Positions 30,401 through 32,000 of a stretch of 32,000 nucleotides of DNA are shown here, in pieces. Source of the stretch: Limnoraphis robusta BA-68 BA1 (GTDB taxonomy: Bacteria; Cyanobacteriota; Cyanobacteriia; Cyanobacteriales; Microcoleaceae); contig NZ_JAYGHR010000068.1 of assembly GCF_034932365.1 (NCBI RefSeq), positions 179 through 32,178 on the forward strand, given 5' to 3'. Below the pieces are notes generated by a model. The model was not told the origin of the DNA. It made no database searches and saw only the letters and a program-made list of their open reading frames with translations. How positions within the stretch are numbered: position 1 is the first letter of the stretch; each line of letters opens with the position of its first letter. The translations under genes were made by a program, and so were the position numbers.

Positions 30401-32000
30401 AAGAGCTTCCAACAACTACAGAAGACTTGATCAATAGTATTGCGATAGAAAGATTGAGTTGGTAAACCTTGAGGCGTAAACTGATCGGCAGCAAGTTGTT
30501 GAGCTACACAGGCTGCAATTTGCGATCCACTTGAATGGCCTGAGCGCATTTTATCAACTTTAGCCACTGGAGGAACAAAGGGATATAATTCTTGTAGCAA
30601 GGCGCTGATAATTCGCTGAGGCACGTTTTGGGCAACCGAGGGGATTTTATCACTTTGACTGCAATGATAAGTGCAGTCAGTCAAAATATTTTTAAGCTGT
30701 GTATCAAACTGTTCTGTCCATCGTTCCATCAATCGGTTGTAAGCTATTCCCATAAGCCTTTTTTCAGAAGGTTGTTTATTTTTCAGTTCTGTTATTCGTA
30801 GAAGAACTCGATCTAAATCTCCTGTTTCTTGATTAGGAATTGCTATTGCTATTCGATTTTTATGATGAGAACTAGCCAAATGTTTATTTACATTTTTACG
30901 AAACTCTTGCAATTCTTCTTGGGTTTTAGCTAAAACATAAGTCAAAATTCCCCTGGCTGAAACGTTTTTTAATGTCAGATGGCTAGACAATGCTTTTTCT
31001 AATTCATTGATGGTATAAATTTTATATTCATATTGCCAATCTTCTCCAATTAATTGATTAGTTTCTACAAACTCACTGGCAACTAAAGTTTCATTGCCCA
31101 GGTAGGTTTTTATATCGCTATTTGCCTGGACTACAACATCCGTAATAAATGATGGTTTTCCTTTTATTTTTTCTTCAATTTCATCTTCAATTCCTCGAGG
31201 ACTAACCCCTTCAAAAAATTTGTATAGTTTGATTTCGGGACGATAGTAGATTAGATCATGAATTTCTTTAAGTTGATTTAATGCTATTTTTAAAGGAGAA
31301 CGATTTAAGCCAGTCAAACAAGACAATATATCTTCATGATCTTCTCGTTCAGGCTTGGTTAGCCTTTCTCCAGCCGCATAGTATAAAAATAAAGCTTTAA
31401 GAACGGTGATAAGTTCATCTGAGTTTTCTGAACCTATCACCTGCTTACAAGCTTTTTTATAACTTTCATAAATGGGCTGATTTGAGAAATTCTCACTAAA
31501 AGTATCAACTAGAGAAATAGGATAAATATAGTTCAAGTTGCTATTTGATTCAAGTGACTGTTCTTGAATAAATGTCTTAACGTAGCCTTTGATAAATTGA
31601 AGGGCAGTTCTATCTTGAGTAAAATCTAAATAACACAGTAAATAAGTGGTAACGGGATGAAGAGGAAAACATCCGATAGAAATGTGTTCATAAAACTGCT
31701 CAAAAGACCAACCCTTTTCTTGATAAATTCTTGTTACTTTTTCAAAGGTTTTCCTTCCTTCGGACAAGAATGTATTATCCCATCTTGTTTTTAATTCTTG
31801 CCAAAGTTTAGTTTGTTTTTGAATTAAGAGATTGCCAATTACTAACTCAAGACAAGAAGTCAAACCATCATAAGTAGTGTCTTTGGGGGCAAGTCGTGTA
31901 GAAATTTTTAAATAGCTTTCTCGGTTATTTTCTGAAATTCCTACTGCTTTGTCTGGATGAATCTGAGTAAAACTGAGGAGAGAAATTTTTCCTCGATATC
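27463..32000 (-). CDS. BrxC/PglY-like giant protein, 5'-truncated by the window edge, with a long C-terminal coiled coil
   Basis: The ORF track starts it at TTG 31863. The same frame stays open with no stop up to position 32000, so the N-terminus (the expected P-loop part) lies outside the window. FPLHPVTTYLL and EPPFGCNDYVFTVLIVSWMAY resemble the DUF499/BrxC patterns I recall. Residues ~650-1466 are heptad-rich and Glu/Lys/Gln-rich. Confidence 0.6.
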   Translation of the reverse strand, partial: YRGKISLLSFTQIHPDKAVGISENNRESYLKISTRLAPKDTTYDGLTSCLELVIGNLLIQKQTKLWQELKTRWDNTFLSEGRKTFEKVTRIYQEKGWSFEQFYEHISIGCFPLHPVTTYLLCYLDFTQDRTALQFIKGYVKTFIQEQSLESNSNLNYIYPISLVDTFSENFSNQPIYESYKKACKQVIGSENSDELITVLKALFLYYAAGERLTKPEREDHEDILSCLTGLNRSPLKIALNQLKEIHDLIYYRPEIKLYKFFEGVSPRGIEDEIEEKIKGKPSFITDVVVQANSDIKTYLGNETLVASEFVETNQLIGEDWQYEYKIYTINELEKALSSHLTLKNVSARGILTYVLAKTQEELQEFRKNVNKHLASSHHKNRIAIAIPNQETGDLDRVLLRITELKNKQPSEKRLMGIAYNRLMERWTEQFDTQLKNILTDCTYHCSQSDKIPSVAQNVPQRIISALLQELYPFVPPVAKVDKMRSGHSSGSQIAACVAQQLAADQFTPQGLPTQSFYRNTIDQVFCSCWKLFQKSSQKYVVQPPTEEHVRAAWDKISELTELKDKNEKIIELEKVWKALSEPPFGCNDYVFTVLIVSWMAYHRKEIVLKGASTVLVKKGSPVSILTLPLQDWANTDIFKKPKDFVEKWIVTHRAKLIRRERLTVPELLDSLIDYNKAQQHLQAITEFLNSGEADQTETSKLRQQQEQITNKVKEIDDGFAVIVEVEDLSKSTDLNSLLKLYPKFLPFSPSVQTSSDGISVQPTQEQQNRYTQAKQALFDKISKLVSDFREGSESLNTIEECDICINKAEEYIQKISEVSGLPEHLIETLQSAKNRSENSKLKLQEKAQTDESLKKIQELYQNLNQNSTQHDFTEAQSEIELIMISLPQTISLIEIQQIIKEINIKYQELNEQLDAWQEQLAVVTSPSEIVELIRKIESQANRFTEPESSSRIQYLQTQLTEELSVIQQQSDAEKILRSELSKVQDKLQRIRDLPFSKISEAFSVYQEITLSSLQTSHLEVSSLEQYQKQLEDIKSQSKITFLEKIKNSISNKLPRLDEYEKLKNRLNEITKILQKSEDFQEIQTDINQAIENLEVDYKDLTEEQEQLKIKDNDLKILQSIRQFKFDNNLNVFQCEERIKQIEKLKSELFYIQDHEVEIENHIQKLKQTILNHKANLEAQSNYLEKIDSLKEFKKLEENYIKLDIIFQQSNEYDNYQKTEKKFASRRSIIEQIERWDSEANRVTRLAELTKLLADIESFNSVENKELEDKIKSRIITTKENIRKKIRSLTLNLAEFENRLQSLSNIATAQQLLEEVLEISSLYLGSVQEERYKTLKNNIRQAIDILQITSSISHSTIKSCQECLDKLIGWKRTSDALTPITEELFDTFYQEIESTQNTLREHQQSQAFVWLEGLQQEVTKLYPLLDDTEKLQVANQLLAKIQNETSQYIEFLNSANQESLNLIKRQCQEEQNKDQANKIITMFCQLPLLQRQSIYEKLTQLLNIKLEETND

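Overview
This is a cyanobacterial chromosomal window. It has at least 14 HIP1 octamers (GCGATCGC), a light-dependent protochlorophyllide reductase gene, and is AT-rich overall.

Positions 1-7.2 kb look like ordinary core genome: a REC-GGDEF-EAL regulator, por, an HTTM/DCC-like membrane protein, and a type II NADH dehydrogenase interrupted by one in-frame TGA.

A tRNA-Leu(UAG) at 7244-7325 marks the attachment site of a Tn7-like element. Its left end has a TGT terminus near 7454 and five TnsB-type repeats. Its tnsB-tnsC-tniQ module (about 581/277/165 aa, no tnsA) matches the type V-K CRISPR-associated transposon (CAST) layout. cas12k, the CRISPR array and the right end are not in the window.

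Everything to the right (over 21 kb, almost all on the minus strand) looks like cargo built from conflict/defence modules:

1. A diversity-generating retroelement (DGR: RT plus Avd) with two variable-region-bearing FGE-sulfatase/C-type-lectin-fold targets. I could find no template repeat. The DGR sits among AGAAGTC heptamer arrays and local duplications.
2. The larger DGR target is a vWA-like sensor. It is co-operonic with a MoxR-type AAA ATPase, a VMAP-like protein, a CHAT (caspase-like) protease and a Trypco2 protein. CHAT and VMAP share a near-identical coiled-coil module encoded by a 139-bp direct repeat.
3. A BREX type-4-like operon: a giant BrxC/PglY-like protein that runs off the window edge, PglZ, and a Lon-less BrxL-like ATPase. 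It is translationally coupled to a cysteine desulfurase, which suggests sulfur-based DNA modification.

All product calls come from motif reading and recollection of protein families. No searches were run.
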